Positions 36,832 to 47,670 of a stretch of DNA of 64,000 bases are shown here, piece after piece. Source of the stretch: an uncultured Gammaproteobacteria bacterium. Its GTDB lineage: Bacteria > Pseudomonadota > Gammaproteobacteria > Steroidobacterales > Rariloculaceae. The stretch is taken from positions 17,498 to 81,497 of the forward strand of contig CAYXNS010000005.1 in NCBI GenBank assembly GCA_964466315.1. The letters run 5' to 3'. Numbering within the stretch: position 1 is the stretch's first letter; the number at the start of each line of letters is the position of its first letter. The notes below the pieces were generated by a model. The model saw nothing but the letters and a program-made list of their open reading frames with translations, searched no databases and was not told the origin of the DNA. The translations under genes and the position numbers were made by a program.

Positions 36832-36847
36832 AGCACGATGCGTGCCA
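36832..36847 (-). promoter_or_regulatory. sigma54 promoter of pspABC (TGGCAC-N5-GTGCT)
   Basis: The minus strand reads TTGGCACGCATCGTGCTA, with GG/GC in the canonical register. It is about 70 nt upstream of the pspA start, and an AT-rich stretch (36880-36980) separates it from divergent pspF. Confidence 0.65.
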
Positions 36848-36982
36848 ACCACGGATTTTCCGGTCTAAGCTCCTCAAAAGAAAAGGGATTTCTTGAGTCG
36901 ACCCGGATAATTTCATGCGCTGGATATGGTATTTTACACCTATTATTAGTATATTTTACCCATCTATTAGCTTTTTTTACCT

Positions 36983-38005
36983 ATGAATTCCGATCGACCC
37001 GAAGCCGTACCGATTATCGGAGAAGCACCGGTATTTCTCGAGATGCTCGAGCATGTCTCGCGCGCCGCCGCACTCACCAAACCCGTTCTTGTGATCGGCG
37101 AGCGTGGCACGGGTAAGGAACTCATCGCGTCACGCCTGCATTTTCTCTCTGAGCGCTGGGAGCAGCCCCTGATCAAGGTGAATTGCGCCGCCCTGACGGA
37201 GAGTCTGCTCGAGTCCGAACTCTTCGGCCATGAGGCCGGCGCCTTCACGGGCGCGGCACGCACTCACATCGGTCAGTTCGAGCAGTCGAGCGGCAGTACT
37301 CTCGTACTCGATGAGCTCGGGACGATTCCATTGCGCATGCAGGAAAAGATTCTCAGAGTCATCGAGTACGGCGAGTTTCGGCGCGTGGGCGGATCGGAAA
37401 CGCTGATCACTGACATTCGAGTCGTTGGCGTCACGAACGATGATCTGCCTCGGCTTGCCGCGCGCGGCGAATTCCGCCCGGACCTCCTGGACAGGCTGGC
37501 CTTTGATGTCATTCACGTACCCCCCCTGCGGGCACGCCCGGAGGACGTATTGACCTTGGCCTACCACTTCGCGGTCAATCTCACGAGCGAACTGAAGAGG
37601 CCGTTTTTCTCCGGGTTCTCCGACAAGGTGATCGCTGAGTTGCTCACAGCGAGTTGGCCCGGCAATGTGCGTGAACTCAAAAATGCCGTCGAACGCAGCG
37701 TCTACAGAGCGGAGGATTCATCTTTGCCGATCACGGCGGTGATATCGGACCCGTTCGCATCACCGTTCGCCGACCTTGTCCCGCCACCGGAGTTGACCGA
37801 ATCCGGGCCCAGCGAGATCGTGGCAGCCGGCATCGAAGCTGGGCGGTCTTTTCCGCTAAGCTTCAAAGCCGTCGTCGCAGACTTCGAGCGAGGCCTGCTT
37901 GATGAGGCGCTGCGGCGCTCCCAGCATAATCAGCGCATCGCGGCCGAGTTCCTCGGCCTGAGCTACGACCAGTTGCGGGGCCTCGTCCGCAAGTACCGCG
38001 CGTAG
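36983..38005 (+). CDS. pspF: psp operon transcriptional activator (sigma54 bEBP without receiver domain)
   Basis: 340 aa that starts directly with the AAA+ core (GERGTGKE, GAFTGA, ESELFGHE) and ends with an HTH. Divergent from pspA. Confidence 0.9.
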   Translation: MNSDRPEAVPIIGEAPVFLEMLEHVSRAAALTKPVLVIGERGTGKELIASRLHFLSERWEQPLIKVNCAALTESLLESELFGHEAGAFTGAARTHIGQFEQSSGSTLVLDELGTIPLRMQEKILRVIEYGEFRRVGGSETLITDIRVVGVTNDDLPRLAARGEFRPDLLDRLAFDVIHVPPLRARPEDVLTLAYHFAVNLTSELKRPFFSGFSDKVIAELLTASWPGNVRELKNAVERSVYRAEDSSLPITAVISDPFASPFADLVPPPELTESGPSEIVAAGIEAGRSFPLSFKAVVADFERGLLDEALRRSQHNQRIAAEFLGLSYDQLRGLVRKYRA

Positions 38006-38309
38006 GAGCGGCCACCTGGCCATGGTACGCCGCTTATCGTAGCTGCATACGGCGGTCGCGATGGTCGTGTCTCCTCCGCGCCGTACCCATCGCGCTCTCG
38101 TTATCGTGGGTGCCAGAGGTCTTCGGGTCGACACGAACCATCACACCCGCCGGTGTCGGGCGCTAAGGCGTCGAGGACGGCGGTAACATCAAGCGGCGAG
38201 GCTAACCCCATTCCCGCGTCTGCGTCGTTATAAGTAATGAGGGGTGAGGCACGGCAGGGCCCGCCGGTCGCCCTTCTCCGCAGCGCGGTGAAGGCTTAAG
38301 CTTGGTGTT

Positions 38310-38873
38310 GTGGGTGCGGGAGCCGATAGTGCGTTAATGCGCCGTTTTCAGGGCGGCGATACCGCGGCCTTCGAGACCCTGTATGCTCGTCATCGCGGTC
38401 CGCTCTATCGTTACTTTGTCAGGCAAGTCGCGAGAAATGCAGTGGACGATCTTTTTCAGGACGTTTGGCTTCGGATTATCAAGAACCAGGCCCGCTATCG
38501 CCCCGATGCACCGTTCGCGGCTTACCTGTTTCGCATAGCGCACAACGTTCTCGTCGATCACTACCGGCGAGAGGGACGCGCGCCGGAGCTGACATCCGTC
38601 GAACAGCTGGACGTTCCCGATGTGGGCGCCGGACCCGAGCGTGAGCTGACCCAGTTCGAGTTACGTGCAACGATCACGCGAGCGCTGACCGATCTACCGG
38701 CTGCGCAGCGCGAAGCTTTCCTGCTGCACGAGGAGGCCGGCCTGACGTTGGAGCAGATTGCGGAGGTCGTCGGCACGGGCCGCGAGACGATCAAGAGCCG
38801 GCTCCGCTATGCTTTGAAACGTTTGCGGCAGGATCTGCTGGAGAGCAGTCCCGCGGATGCGGGGCAGGCATGA
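38310..38873 (+). CDS. ECF-type RNA polymerase sigma factor
   Basis: Region 2 (FETLYARHRGPLYRYF, DLFQDVWLRI) and region 4 (LPAAQREAFLLHEEAGLTLEQIAEVVG). GTG start. Confidence 0.8.
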   Translation: MGAGADSALMRRFQGGDTAAFETLYARHRGPLYRYFVRQVARNAVDDLFQDVWLRIIKNQARYRPDAPFAAYLFRIAHNVLVDHYRREGRAPELTSVEQLDVPDVGAGPERELTQFELRATITRALTDLPAAQREAFLLHEEAGLTLEQIAEVVGTGRETIKSRLRYALKRLRQDLLESSPADAGQA

Positions 38874-39676
38874 ACACGAGCGATCCCAACAACCCGCTGC
38901 CCGGACAGGATCAGGTGTCCCGAGCGTATCGTGCGGCGGGCTTCAAAGAAGAGCCGCCCGCGGCACTCGATCGCACCATACTCGAACGAGCGAAGCGGCA
39001 CCGCCGGCGCCCCCTGGTGTCCTTCATGCGGCCGCTCGCCCTCGCCGCCACCGTCGTCCTGTCGGTCTCCCTGGTATTGCGGTCCGGCATCTTAAATGAA
39101 AACGCCGAAGTGTTCTCCGATGGCTCACCACCTGCATCGCCGGTGAGAACCGTGCCGGCCGCGACGACCGTGGAGTTCGACGATGCGGCTTCCGCCGACG
39201 AATCGGCAACGCAGAACTCGCCGGTGCCGGCCACGGCGATCGAATCCTTCGACATCCTCGAAGCCGTGGACTCCCTCGAATCCATCCAATCCATCGAGAC
39301 GCTTATCGATTCGGAGTCTGAAGACGCAACTCTCGAAGCCATACTCGAACTCGCGCCGAGCACTGCGGCGCCGGAGGAGCTCGAGGTACGTGGGCGGGAA
39401 GCGCAACCGGCGTTGCGGCAGGAGGCTGCCGGCGAGGCACCGCGCGTGCCGGCGATTTCGGCCGAAGCGCAGCCAATGTTGGAGGACGTCACCGCATCGG
39501 AGCAGTTCGACTGTTCAGGCGTCGATCGCGAGCAACCGGACGATTGGCTCGCGTGTATCGTGTCGGGATTGGAGCAAGGCATGGAACAAGAGGCGAGGGA
39601 AGAACTGGCGGAATTTGTTCAAGCGTATCCCGAAGTTGCTCTGCCCGAGAATATCGATGCATTGCGAGTTCCGTAA
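38870..39676 (+). CDS. putative anti-sigma factor (single-pass membrane protein)
   Basis: ATGA-coupled to the ECF sigma gene. Short cytoplasmic N-terminus, a TM helix (LALAATVVLSVSLVL) and an acidic low-complexity periplasmic region. Called from context only. Confidence 0.5.
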   Translation: MNTSDPNNPLPGQDQVSRAYRAAGFKEEPPAALDRTILERAKRHRRRPLVSFMRPLALAATVVLSVSLVLRSGILNENAEVFSDGSPPASPVRTVPAATTVEFDDAASADESATQNSPVPATAIESFDILEAVDSLESIQSIETLIDSESEDATLEAILELAPSTAAPEELEVRGREAQPALRQEAAGEAPRVPAISAEAQPMLEDVTASEQFDCSGVDREQPDDWLACIVSGLEQGMEQEAREELAEFVQAYPEVALPENIDALRVP

Positions 39677-39753
39677 ACCGGGAAGCGCGCACTGCCATGC
39701 TAGAATCTGCGCCCCTTCACACAGATTCACTTTAGTCGCGGAGCTTACCTCGC

Positions 39754-40743
39754 ATGACTACGGACACGACCGCGCCCATTCGTGTAGCGATTACGGGTGC
39801 CGCCGGACAGATCGGCTACCAACTGGCTTTTCGAATCGCGTCGGGACAACTCTTCGGTCCCGGACAGCAGGTCATACTCCAGTTGATCGAGATACCGCCT
39901 GCAATGGACGCGCTGAACGGTGTCGCAATGGAGCTAGACGATTGTGCATTCGACACGCTCAGCAGTGTCGTCGTCACGGATCAGGCGGAAGTCGGCTTTC
40001 GCGATATTCGATACGCATTGCTCGTCGGCGCGAGACCGCGGACGGCCGACATGGAACGCAAGGACTTGCTTCTCGGCAACGCCCAGATATTCTCGGCTCA
40101 AGGCAAGGCGCTCAACGAGGTAGCTGCGCGCGATGTCAGAGTGTTGGTCGTCGGTAACCCTGCCAACACGAACGCGCTCATCGCACGAGAGAATGCACCG
40201 AATCTCGATCCTCGAAACTTCACTGCCATGACGCGCCTCGACCACAACCGGGCCAAAGCGCAGCTTGCGGACAAGACCGGTGCGCATGTGTCCGAAGTCA
40301 GCGGCATGATCATATGGGGAAATCATTCGGCTACTCAGTATCCGGATATCTCTCATGCGACGGTCCGCGGCGAGCCGGCCGCGGCCCAGGTCCCGGATGA
40401 CTGGTACCGCAACGATTTCATCCCGACCGTGCAGAACCGCGGCACGGCCATCATCAAGGCGCGCGGCGCATCCTCAGCCGCATCCGCCGCCTCGGCCACG
40501 ATCGATCACGTTCGCGATTGGGCGCTCGGCACGCCGGGTGACGCTTGGGTCAGCATGGGCGTTGCTTCCGACGGCAGTTACGGCATCGCTGACGGTATCG
40601 TCTATTCCTATCCCGTGACCTGCAACAACGGCGCCTATAAAATCGTCCAGGGATTGGACATTAGTGATTTCAGCCGTGACAAAATGGATTCGACGGACGC
40701 CGAGCTTCGTGAAGAGCGCGAGAACGTAGCGGAGTTGCTCTAG
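39754..40743 (+). CDS. mdh: malate dehydrogenase (LDH-like type 2)
   Basis: [31 protein letters not shown]. Confidence 0.9.
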   Translation: MTTDTTAPIRVAITGAAGQIGYQLAFRIASGQLFGPGQQVILQLIEIPPAMDALNGVAMELDDCAFDTLSSVVVTDQAEVGFRDIRYALLVGARPRTADMERKDLLLGNAQIFSAQGKALNEVAARDVRVLVVGNPANTNALIARENAPNLDPRNFTAMTRLDHNRAKAQLADKTGAHVSEVSGMIIWGNHSATQYPDISHATVRGEPAAAQVPDDWYRNDFIPTVQNRGTAIIKARGASSAASAASATIDHVRDWALGTPGDAWVSMGVASDGSYGIADGIVYSYPVTCNNGAYKIVQGLDISDFSRDKMDSTDAELREERENVAELL

Positions 40744-40773
40744 GCGCGCTTGTACAGAATCTAGAGAGGCAAC

Positions 40774-43206
40774 GTGGCAACACTATTCTGGCTCATTGTT
40801 ATCCTCGGCATCGCTCTAACACTGGCGTACCGCCGCGTTGACTTGAAGGTATCCACAGCGACCGTTGGTGCTCTGGCCGTCGTGTATACAGTCTTTGGAA
40901 CGAGCGTATTTTGGGCGATTGTTCTTTGGCTCCTATTCGTGCCTCTCGCCGCGCTTAATGTCGAGACGTTGCGTCGCGAACACCTGACCTTCCCGCTGCT
41001 CAACATCTTCCGCACGATGGTCCCGTCGCTCTCGCGTACGGAGCGTGATGCACTTGAAGCCGGTAACGTTTGGTGGGAGGGCGAGTTGTTCTCCGGCATG
41101 CCCGACTGGCACAAGCTGACCGACCTACCGGCGCCCATGCTGACCGACAAAGAGCAGGCTTTTCTCGATGGGCCGACCGAAGAATTGTGCCAGATGCTCG
41201 ATAATTGGGACGTTACGCATGATCGTCTCGATATGTCGAAGAAGGTCTGGTCGTTCATTAAGCGAGAACGCTTCTTCGGCATGATCATTCCGGAGGAGTA
41301 CGGCGGGCTCGGTTTCTCACCGTTCGCGAACTCCGTCGTCCTGACGAAGATTGCGTCGTACAATGGGACCGCGGCTACCACTATCGGTGTCCCGAACTCC
41401 CTGGGTCCGGCGGAGTTGCTTTTGCACTACGGCACGGACGAACAAAAACAGCGCTGGCTCCCGGGCCTGGCTTCGGCCGAGGAAATTCCGTGCTTCGCGC
41501 TAACGTCCGCGCGGGCAGGCTCAGATGCGACGGCCATCGTCGATTCGGGCGTTGTCTGCAAGGGCAGCTACGAGGGTGAGCAGGTCCTCGGCATCCGTCT
41601 GAACTGGGACAAGCGCTATATCACGCTTACGCCCATCGCGACAGTACTCGGACTCGCGTTCAAGCTCTACGACCCGGATCACCTGATTGGCGACCGCGAC
41701 GAGTACGGTATCACGGCCGCGCTGATACCGACCCATTTGCCCGGCGTGACGATCGGCCGCCGGCATCTGCCGATCGGCATTCCGTTCCTGAACGGACCGA
41801 CGCAGGGAAAGGACGTTTTCGTTCCGCTGGACTCGATCATCGGCGGACCCGAGATGGCCGGCCAGGGGTGGCGGATGCTCGTCGAACTGCTCTCGGTCGG
41901 GCGCGGGATCACGCTGCCGAGTAACGCCCTTGGCGGCGCCAAGGCGTGTGTTTACGCGGCCGGCGCTTATGCGCGCATCCGGCGGCAGTTCAACCTGCCC
42001 ATCGGGAAGTTCCACGGCGTCAGCGAAGCCCTCGCGAGGATGGCCGGAATCACCTACATCATGACGGCAGCGTCACGAGTCACCTGCGCCGCATTAAACA
42101 ACGGTGAGAAGCCCGCCGTCCCCACAGCGATCTTGAAGTATCACAACACCGAGTTCGCGCGGGTAGTCATCAACGATGCAATGGACGTGCACGGAGGCAA
42201 GGCCATCATGCTCGGGCCAAAGAACTTCCTCGCCCGAAAATACGAGTCCTTGCCCATCAGTATCACGGTGGAAGGCGCCAATATACTTACGCGAAATCTC
42301 ATCATCTTCGGCCAGGGTGCAATACGCTGCCACCCCTTCGTTCTCCCCGAACTCGAAGCAGCTGCAGACGAGGATCGCGAACGCGGCCTCATCGATTTCG
42401 ATCGGCTACTCTTTAAACACATCGGCTACGCGATATCGAATGCCGTTCGTTCGCTCGTTATGGGGTTGACGCTATCGAGATTCACCGACGTCCCGGCACA
42501 GGGATGGAAGCGCCGTTACTATCAGCGCGTCAATCGTTACAGCGCGTCGTTCGCACTCGCGGCCGACATCTCCATGCTCATCCTGGGTGGCGAGTTGAAG
42601 CGTAAGGAACTGCTGTCCGCTCGCCTCGGCGATGTCTTGAGTTACCTCTACCTCGTCTCGATGGTGCTGAAACACTATGAGGATCAGGGCTGTCCAGAGG
42701 CCGACCGACCGCTCGTTGAGTGGTCGTGCCGCATGCTGCTCTATCGAACACAGGAACAGTTGCATAGCTTCCTGCGGAACTTTCCCAACCGCTGGGTAGC
42801 CACCGCACTGAGGCTCATCATTTTTCCGCGCGGCAGGACATTCTCGTCGCCGGCCGACGAACTCGGACAACAGATCACCAAACTCATTATCAACCCGACG
42901 GCGACACGTGAGCGACTCTGCGCCGACATCTACAAGACCGTGGAACCCGGCAACCCGCTCGGACTACTGCAGGAAGCGCTGGAACTCGCCGAGGAGGTCA
43001 AGCCTTTCGAGCGAAAGGTGTTCGACGCCAAGCGACGCGGCGAACTCATGGCCGACGATACGCCGGGACAGATCGAAGAGGCGCGCAAGAAGCGCATCAT
43101 CACCGCCGAGGAAGCGAAGCAGATTCGAGCCTTCGACGAGAAGGTCATGGCGTTGATCGCCGTAGACGATTTCGCTCCCGAGTCCCTGAAACGAAACGCT
43201 CCTTAG
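40774..43206 (+). CDS. fadE: large acyl-CoA dehydrogenase FadE
   Basis: 810 aa with N-terminal TM helices and an ACAD core (FALTSARAGSDA, EGANILTRNLIIFGQG). GTG start with a GAGAGG SD. Confidence 0.85.
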   Translation: MATLFWLIVILGIALTLAYRRVDLKVSTATVGALAVVYTVFGTSVFWAIVLWLLFVPLAALNVETLRREHLTFPLLNIFRTMVPSLSRTERDALEAGNVWWEGELFSGMPDWHKLTDLPAPMLTDKEQAFLDGPTEELCQMLDNWDVTHDRLDMSKKVWSFIKRERFFGMIIPEEYGGLGFSPFANSVVLTKIASYNGTAATTIGVPNSLGPAELLLHYGTDEQKQRWLPGLASAEEIPCFALTSARAGSDATAIVDSGVVCKGSYEGEQVLGIRLNWDKRYITLTPIATVLGLAFKLYDPDHLIGDRDEYGITAALIPTHLPGVTIGRRHLPIGIPFLNGPTQGKDVFVPLDSIIGGPEMAGQGWRMLVELLSVGRGITLPSNALGGAKACVYAAGAYARIRRQFNLPIGKFHGVSEALARMAGITYIMTAASRVTCAALNNGEKPAVPTAILKYHNTEFARVVINDAMDVHGGKAIMLGPKNFLARKYESLPISITVEGANILTRNLIIFGQGAIRCHPFVLPELEAAADEDRERGLIDFDRLLFKHIGYAISNAVRSLVMGLTLSRFTDVPAQGWKRRYYQRVNRYSASFALAADISMLILGGELKRKELLSARLGDVLSYLYLVSMVLKHYEDQGCPEADRPLVEWSCRMLLYRTQEQLHSFLRNFPNRWVATALRLIIFPRGRTFSSPADELGQQITKLIINPTATRERLCADIYKTVEPGNPLGLLQEALELAEEVKPFERKVFDAKRRGELMADDTPGQIEEARKKRIITAEEAKQIRAFDEKVMALIAVDDFAPESLKRNAP

Positions 43207-43356
43207 GCATGCAAGAAGACAACCAAGAAGCCTGCGGCGAAGAAGCGCCCACGTGCGTCGGGCTGACTCCCGATCGGGCGCACCGCAGCGGCCACCGCAC
43301 GGGCTGCTGTGCTACATTTGCGGTCCAACCGATAACTAGTCGCAGCGGAGACTTTT

Positions 43357-43845
43357 ATGCGAACTCGTTTGGTAATAGCCTTGGTTTGCAGCCTGGCAAT
43401 CTACGGCTGCGGCCAACAGGATAGCGAACCCGCCGCGCCCTCGGCTGCTGAGCCCGCGTCGGCACCCGCCGCCGCACCGGTCATAGCTCGCAAGCCGTCG
43501 CCACCGGGCGCGATGGTCTACATCATCTTGCCGGAGGACGGCGCGGAAGTGCAGAGCCCCGTCACGGTCGTTTTCGGCCTCAAGGGCGCGGGTGTGGCGC
43601 CGGCCGGTATCGACCTGCCGAATACCGGACATCATCACCTGCTCGTCAACGCCGAACTTGCGACACTGGATCTACCGATACCGGCTGATGCCCAGCATAT
43701 TCACTTCGGTTTGGGGCAGACTGAAACAACAGCCGAACTTGCCCCGGGAGATCACACGCTGCGACTCGCACTCGGCGATCTGCTCCATATTCCCCATGAT
43801 CCGCCACTGTTATCGGAACCGGTTACCATCCAGGTAGTTGAATGA
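43357..43845 (+). CDS. DUF4399-like lipoprotein
   Basis: Lipobox LAIYGC, plus the NTGHHHLLV motif I associate with DUF4399. Confidence 0.65.
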   Translation: MRTRLVIALVCSLAIYGCGQQDSEPAAPSAAEPASAPAAAPVIARKPSPPGAMVYIILPEDGAEVQSPVTVVFGLKGAGVAPAGIDLPNTGHHHLLVNAELATLDLPIPADAQHIHFGLGQTETTAELAPGDHTLRLALGDLLHIPHDPPLLSEPVTIQVVE

Positions 43846-43915
43846 CTGGACGCCGCGGTCAAGAATAGCGGTGGAGAGGATCACTCGACTGCATTGCGGT
43901 TCTTAGGAGTCAGGC

Positions 43916-45514
43916 GTGTATACGCAGTTCTTCGGGTTAACGGAAAAGCCCTTCTCGATTACTCCTAACCCACGCTATCTCTATATGAGCCGTCGCCATG
44001 CGGACGCACTGGCGCATCTTATCTATGGAGTCTCGCAGAGCGGCGGTTTTATCCAGCTGACGGGCGAAGTCGGCACGGGTAAGACGACTCTTGTGCGCAG
44101 CCTGTTCGAACAGCTTCCCGAGGAAGCCGATGTCGCACTCATTCTGAACCCGGAACTCACGACGCAGGAGTTTCTGACGACCATCTCCGAGGAACTCGGA
44201 GTCGAGTTGCCGGAGGACGGCTCCATCAAGTCTCTCGTCGATCGGTTGAGCGGCCATCTTCTCGATGCGCATGCCCGGGGCCGGCGCACGGTCTTGATCG
44301 TCGATGAGGCTCAAAATCTCGCGACCGACGTGCTGGAGCAGGTTCGATTGTTGACGAATCTCGAGACGCCGAAGCAGAAGCTGCTGCAGATCATCCTGAT
44401 CGGTCAGCCCGAACTGCGCGAGGTCCTTGACCGCGAAGACATGCGTCAACTGGCTCAGCGCATCACGGCCCGCTATCACCTCGAACCCCTGAGCCAGAAC
44501 GATACCGCGAAGTACCTCGCACATCGTATGAAAGTCGCGGGCGCTCCAGGAGCGATTTTCTCGAAGTCGGCCGTCCGAGAGATCTATCGCTGGTCGAACG
44601 GCATCCCGCGAATCATCAATGTCGTCGCCGATAGAGCGTTACTGGCCGCCTACACGCAAGACACACGAAGCGTCGACAAGAAACTCATCAAGAAGGCCGC
44701 AGTGGAAGTCTACGGAAGACGGCTGGTACCGGCCGTCGAACGACGCCTTATCGCGAGCGTCGCGTTCGTGGGCCTCGCTCTGCTGATTCTCGGAACATGG
44801 CGTAGTTTGACTTCCGAAGAATCATGGCTACAGACGCAGTTCGGAGGAGCCCCCGGATTCACCCTCGCCCAATCAACGAACGGCGATGGCGTATCGCTCA
44901 CCGCACTGCTCGATGACCCGACTCTACCGCGAGGAACTGACGCCGCTTTCGAGGCCTTGTTCAGTACCTGGGGCATTCAATTTCAGCGCGGCCTGGACAC
45001 GGCCTGCCAACAAGCGGAGCAATACGAGTTACGATGCTGGTTCCAGAAGGGTTCGCTCAATCACCTGAAGCGACTGAACCGACCCGCCATCCTCGGGCTG
45101 ATCGATGAACGCGGTAACCAGTTTCAAGCCGTATTGACCGGGCTCACTACCGACTCCGCGGAGTTCACGATCGGCGGCCGTGTGTTCACCGTTACTTTGG
45201 AGGAACTCTCGGAGTACTGGTATGGCGACCATCTCATGCTCTGGCGACCCGGTAGCGGCGTCCGGGAAACCCTGACACCCGGGATGCAGGATGGGAGTGT
45301 CCGGTGGCTCCGGGAGAATCTCGCTTGGATTCAGGGAGAACCGCTCGCCGATCCGGGTTCGGAGTTTTACGACGAGGTGCTGGCCGAGCGCGTGCGAGCC
45401 TACCAGCGCGATAATCGCCTCACGATAGACGGCATCGTCGGTACACAGACGCAGATTGTCATGAATACGGATCTCGAACTCCCCGATACTCCGCTTCTCT
45501 TAGAGGCGCCGTGA
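43916..45514 (+). CDS. exeA: ExeA/GspA: AAA+ ATPase with C-terminal peptidoglycan-binding domain
   Basis: FGLTEKPFSITPNPRYLY, GEVGTGKTT, a TM helix, and a PG_binding_1-like end (VRAYQRDNRLTIDGIVGTQT). Confidence 0.8.
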   Translation: MYTQFFGLTEKPFSITPNPRYLYMSRRHADALAHLIYGVSQSGGFIQLTGEVGTGKTTLVRSLFEQLPEEADVALILNPELTTQEFLTTISEELGVELPEDGSIKSLVDRLSGHLLDAHARGRRTVLIVDEAQNLATDVLEQVRLLTNLETPKQKLLQIILIGQPELREVLDREDMRQLAQRITARYHLEPLSQNDTAKYLAHRMKVAGAPGAIFSKSAVREIYRWSNGIPRIINVVADRALLAAYTQDTRSVDKKLIKKAAVEVYGRRLVPAVERRLIASVAFVGLALLILGTWRSLTSEESWLQTQFGGAPGFTLAQSTNGDGVSLTALLDDPTLPRGTDAAFEALFSTWGIQFQRGLDTACQQAEQYELRCWFQKGSLNHLKRLNRPAILGLIDERGNQFQAVLTGLTTDSAEFTIGGRVFTVTLEELSEYWYGDHLMLWRPGSGVRETLTPGMQDGSVRWLRENLAWIQGEPLADPGSEFYDEVLAERVRAYQRDNRLTIDGIVGTQTQIVMNTDLELPDTPLLLEAP

Positions 45515-45515
45515 G

Positions 45516-46127
45516 ATGTCTTTTATCCTCGACGCACTGAGAAAGTCGGAGAACGAACGCCAGCAGAGCTCAGTTCCGAGGATAAGCGACGTACCGGCCG
45601 TCGTACAGAGCACGCGCATCCCGAAATGGATTCTCGGAGTCATCGTAGCGTTATCGGTAGGTGTCTTACTTCTCGGTTGGGCCTGGTGGCAAAGTACGAG
45701 CATCAGCGACGCCGACGTTACGACTGCCCGTCCAGCCGGGGTGCTACCGCGAACGACAACCGAGTCACCCGCGGCGACCTCCGATGACGTAAGGAATCTG
45801 GCCCAGGAGCCCGCGACCGCCGAGACGGCGCCGTTATCTTCGTCTCCAGCGCCCGTCGCAGTTGCCCAACCCGAGCCCGAGACTCCCACGATCATCGTCG
45901 CTGCACCGACAATGATGGAACTGCTCGCGACGGGTACCATGCTGCCGGACTTAACTCTCGAGTTACACGTCTACAGCGGTACCCCGGCTCAGCGACTCGT
46001 CAGAATCAATTCGGCCAGCTACCGGGAAGGGGACGTGCTGAGCGATGGTCCGCGCGTCGTGTCGATTACACCTGAGGGTGTCATCCTCGATCACGGTGGC
46101 CAGAACTTTCTACTCTCGGCCGAGTAA
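45516..46127 (+). CDS. gspB: general secretion pathway protein B (ExeB/GspB)
   Basis: The MSFILDALRKSENERQ N-terminus is typical of GspB. Has a TM helix and starts 1 nt after the exeA stop. Confidence 0.65.
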   Translation: MSFILDALRKSENERQQSSVPRISDVPAVVQSTRIPKWILGVIVALSVGVLLLGWAWWQSTSISDADVTTARPAGVLPRTTTESPAATSDDVRNLAQEPATAETAPLSSSPAPVAVAQPEPETPTIIVAAPTMMELLATGTMLPDLTLELHVYSGTPAQRLVRINSASYREGDVLSDGPRVVSITPEGVILDHGGQNFLLSAE

Positions 46128-46157
46128 CCCGTATCACCCGGTTCGCAGCCTAGCCAA

Positions 46158-46835
46158 TTACCCGCCCTCATCCTCGACGGCCTCGATAAGCTCGGCGCCT
46201 TCGTTACTAGGGTTGTTGACGATTCGGCGAACCTGCCGAATCTCGAGTCTGTCTTCCGGCGCAGGCTTGAGTAGATTGAGACACTCGTCCGCCGGCGTCG
46301 TGGCCGTCAGCCAGAGTGCTTGGCCCTCGTCTCCCAACAGTACGGGCATGCGCTGATGAACGCGGTCGAGCGACGCATTGGCGGCCGTCGTGATAATTAC
46401 ACAAGACTCGAGGACGCCGTCTTCGCCGTCGCGCCACTGCTCCCATAGTCCAGCGAGCGCCAGACACTCGCCACCTCGGGGACTAATGAAGAACGGAAAT
46501 TTTCCGGCCGGCGTCTCGCTCCACTCGTAAAACCCGCTCGCGAGCACGAGACAGCGGCGCCGAGAGAACGCCTGCCTGAAAGCCGGCTTCTCGGCAACCG
46601 TTTCCGCCCGGGCATTGATCAAGCGATTACCGATACTCGGATCCTTAGCCCAATGCGGCACGAGGCCCCAGCGTAAGAGATCGAGACTGCGAAGCCCCTC
46701 GCTATCTGCGCGGATAGCCGCTACGGGCTGTGTCGGCGCAATGTTGTAGCGGGGATCGAGCGCTGGTGGATCGTTTACGCCGAACTGGCTGACGATGTCC
46801 GCCAGTGGCGTGAACATGGCGAAACGGCCACACAT
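46158..46835 (-). CDS. yedK: SOS-response-associated peptidase (SRAP/YedK family)
   Basis: MCGRF N-terminus (catalytic Cys2), NIAPTQ, INARAET. Confidence 0.85.
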   Translation of the reverse strand: MCGRFAMFTPLADIVSQFGVNDPPALDPRYNIAPTQPVAAIRADSEGLRSLDLLRWGLVPHWAKDPSIGNRLINARAETVAEKPAFRQAFSRRRCLVLASGFYEWSETPAGKFPFFISPRGGECLALAGLWEQWRDGEDGVLESCVIITTAANASLDRVHQRMPVLLGDEGQALWLTATTPADECLNLLKPAPEDRLEIRQVRRIVNNPSNEGAELIEAVEDEGG

Positions 46836-46836
46836 G

Positions 46837-47670
46837 TCACGTCCGGGTGCCCGTTCCGCGATGGAGCAGGAAAAGCACGATCGCGTACAGGCCTAAGAGG
46901 GCAATGCCGATAATCGCGTAAGCCGTGCCGATCGGAATATCCGAGGAACCGAGCATTCCATAGCGAAACGCGTTGACCATGTAGAGGATCGGATTGAGCC
47001 GCGCGATGGCCTGCCAGGTCGGCGAGAGCAGAGAGATGGAAAAGAACACGCCACCGAGGTAGGTCAACGGTGTCAACACAAATGTCGGAACGACGGTGAT
47101 CTCATCAAAGTTCTTCGCAAATATCGCATTCAGCAGTCCGGCCAACGAAAACACCATGGATGTCAGGATGACGACCGAGACCGTTATAAACGGGTGGACC
47201 ACGTTGAGATCGGTAAACATCAGCGCTACGGTCGTAACGAGCGCCGCAACGGCGAGGCCCCTAACGACGCCGCCGATTACGTAACCCGTGACGATGGTTG
47301 GGAACACCAGCGGCGACACCAGCATCTCTTCCAGATGACGGTGAAGCTTCCCGGAGAAGAACGACGAGACTACGTTGCCGAAGGAATTGGTAATCACCGC
47401 CATCATGATCAAACCGGGCGCGATGAACGTCATGTAAGGAACACCGTCCATTTCGCCGATCCGCCGGCCGATCAGGCTACCGAAAATGATGAAATAGAGC
47501 GTCATCGTGATGGCGGGAGGCACTATCGTCTGCACCCAGATCCGCATGACGCGCCGGACTTCGCGACGCACTATGGTACCGAAGCCGACCAGATTGACCC
47601 GCAACAGATTCGGGTCGCGATCGTCGCCGAAGCCCAGGGTCGTCGTGGGGAGAGACTCGTTCGCTGCCAT
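46837..47670 (-). CDS. yadH: ABC-2 transporter permease YadH-like
   Basis: RIWVQTIVPPAITMTLYFIIFGSLIGRRIG and PTFVLTPLTYLGGVFFS closely match E. coli YadH as I recall it. Confidence 0.85.
   Translation of the reverse strand: MAANESLPTTTLGFGDDRDPNLLRVNLVGFGTIVRREVRRVMRIWVQTIVPPAITMTLYFIIFGSLIGRRIGEMDGVPYMTFIAPGLIMMAVITNSFGNVVSSFFSGKLHRHLEEMLVSPLVFPTIVTGYVIGGVVRGLAVAALVTTVALMFTDLNVVHPFITVSVVILTSMVFSLAGLLNAIFAKNFDEITVVPTFVLTPLTYLGGVFFSISLLSPTWQAIARLNPILYMVNAFRYGMLGSSDIPIGTAYAIIGIALLGLYAIVLFLLHRGTGTRT

Noticed and set aside
35431-38005. pspF / pspABC locus as a possible novel stress system.
   Set aside because: It has the canonical organisation (divergent sigma54 activator, sigma54 promoter, pspA-B-C). 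Nothing is unusual apart from the absence of pspD/E, which is common outside enterics.
38203-38225. AAC-N16-CGTC upstream of the ECF sigma gene, as a possible autoregulated ECF promoter.
   Set aside because: The match is minimal (3 + 4 nt) in GC-rich DNA, and the -35 lacks the usual GGAAC context. It is too weak to call.
39183-40157. 324-aa plus-strand ORF spanning the anti-sigma gene 3' end and the mdh 5' end.
   Set aside because: It is an extremely Arg/Ser-rich out-of-frame translation, and it conflicts with the unmistakable mdh N-terminus ([13 protein letters not shown]).
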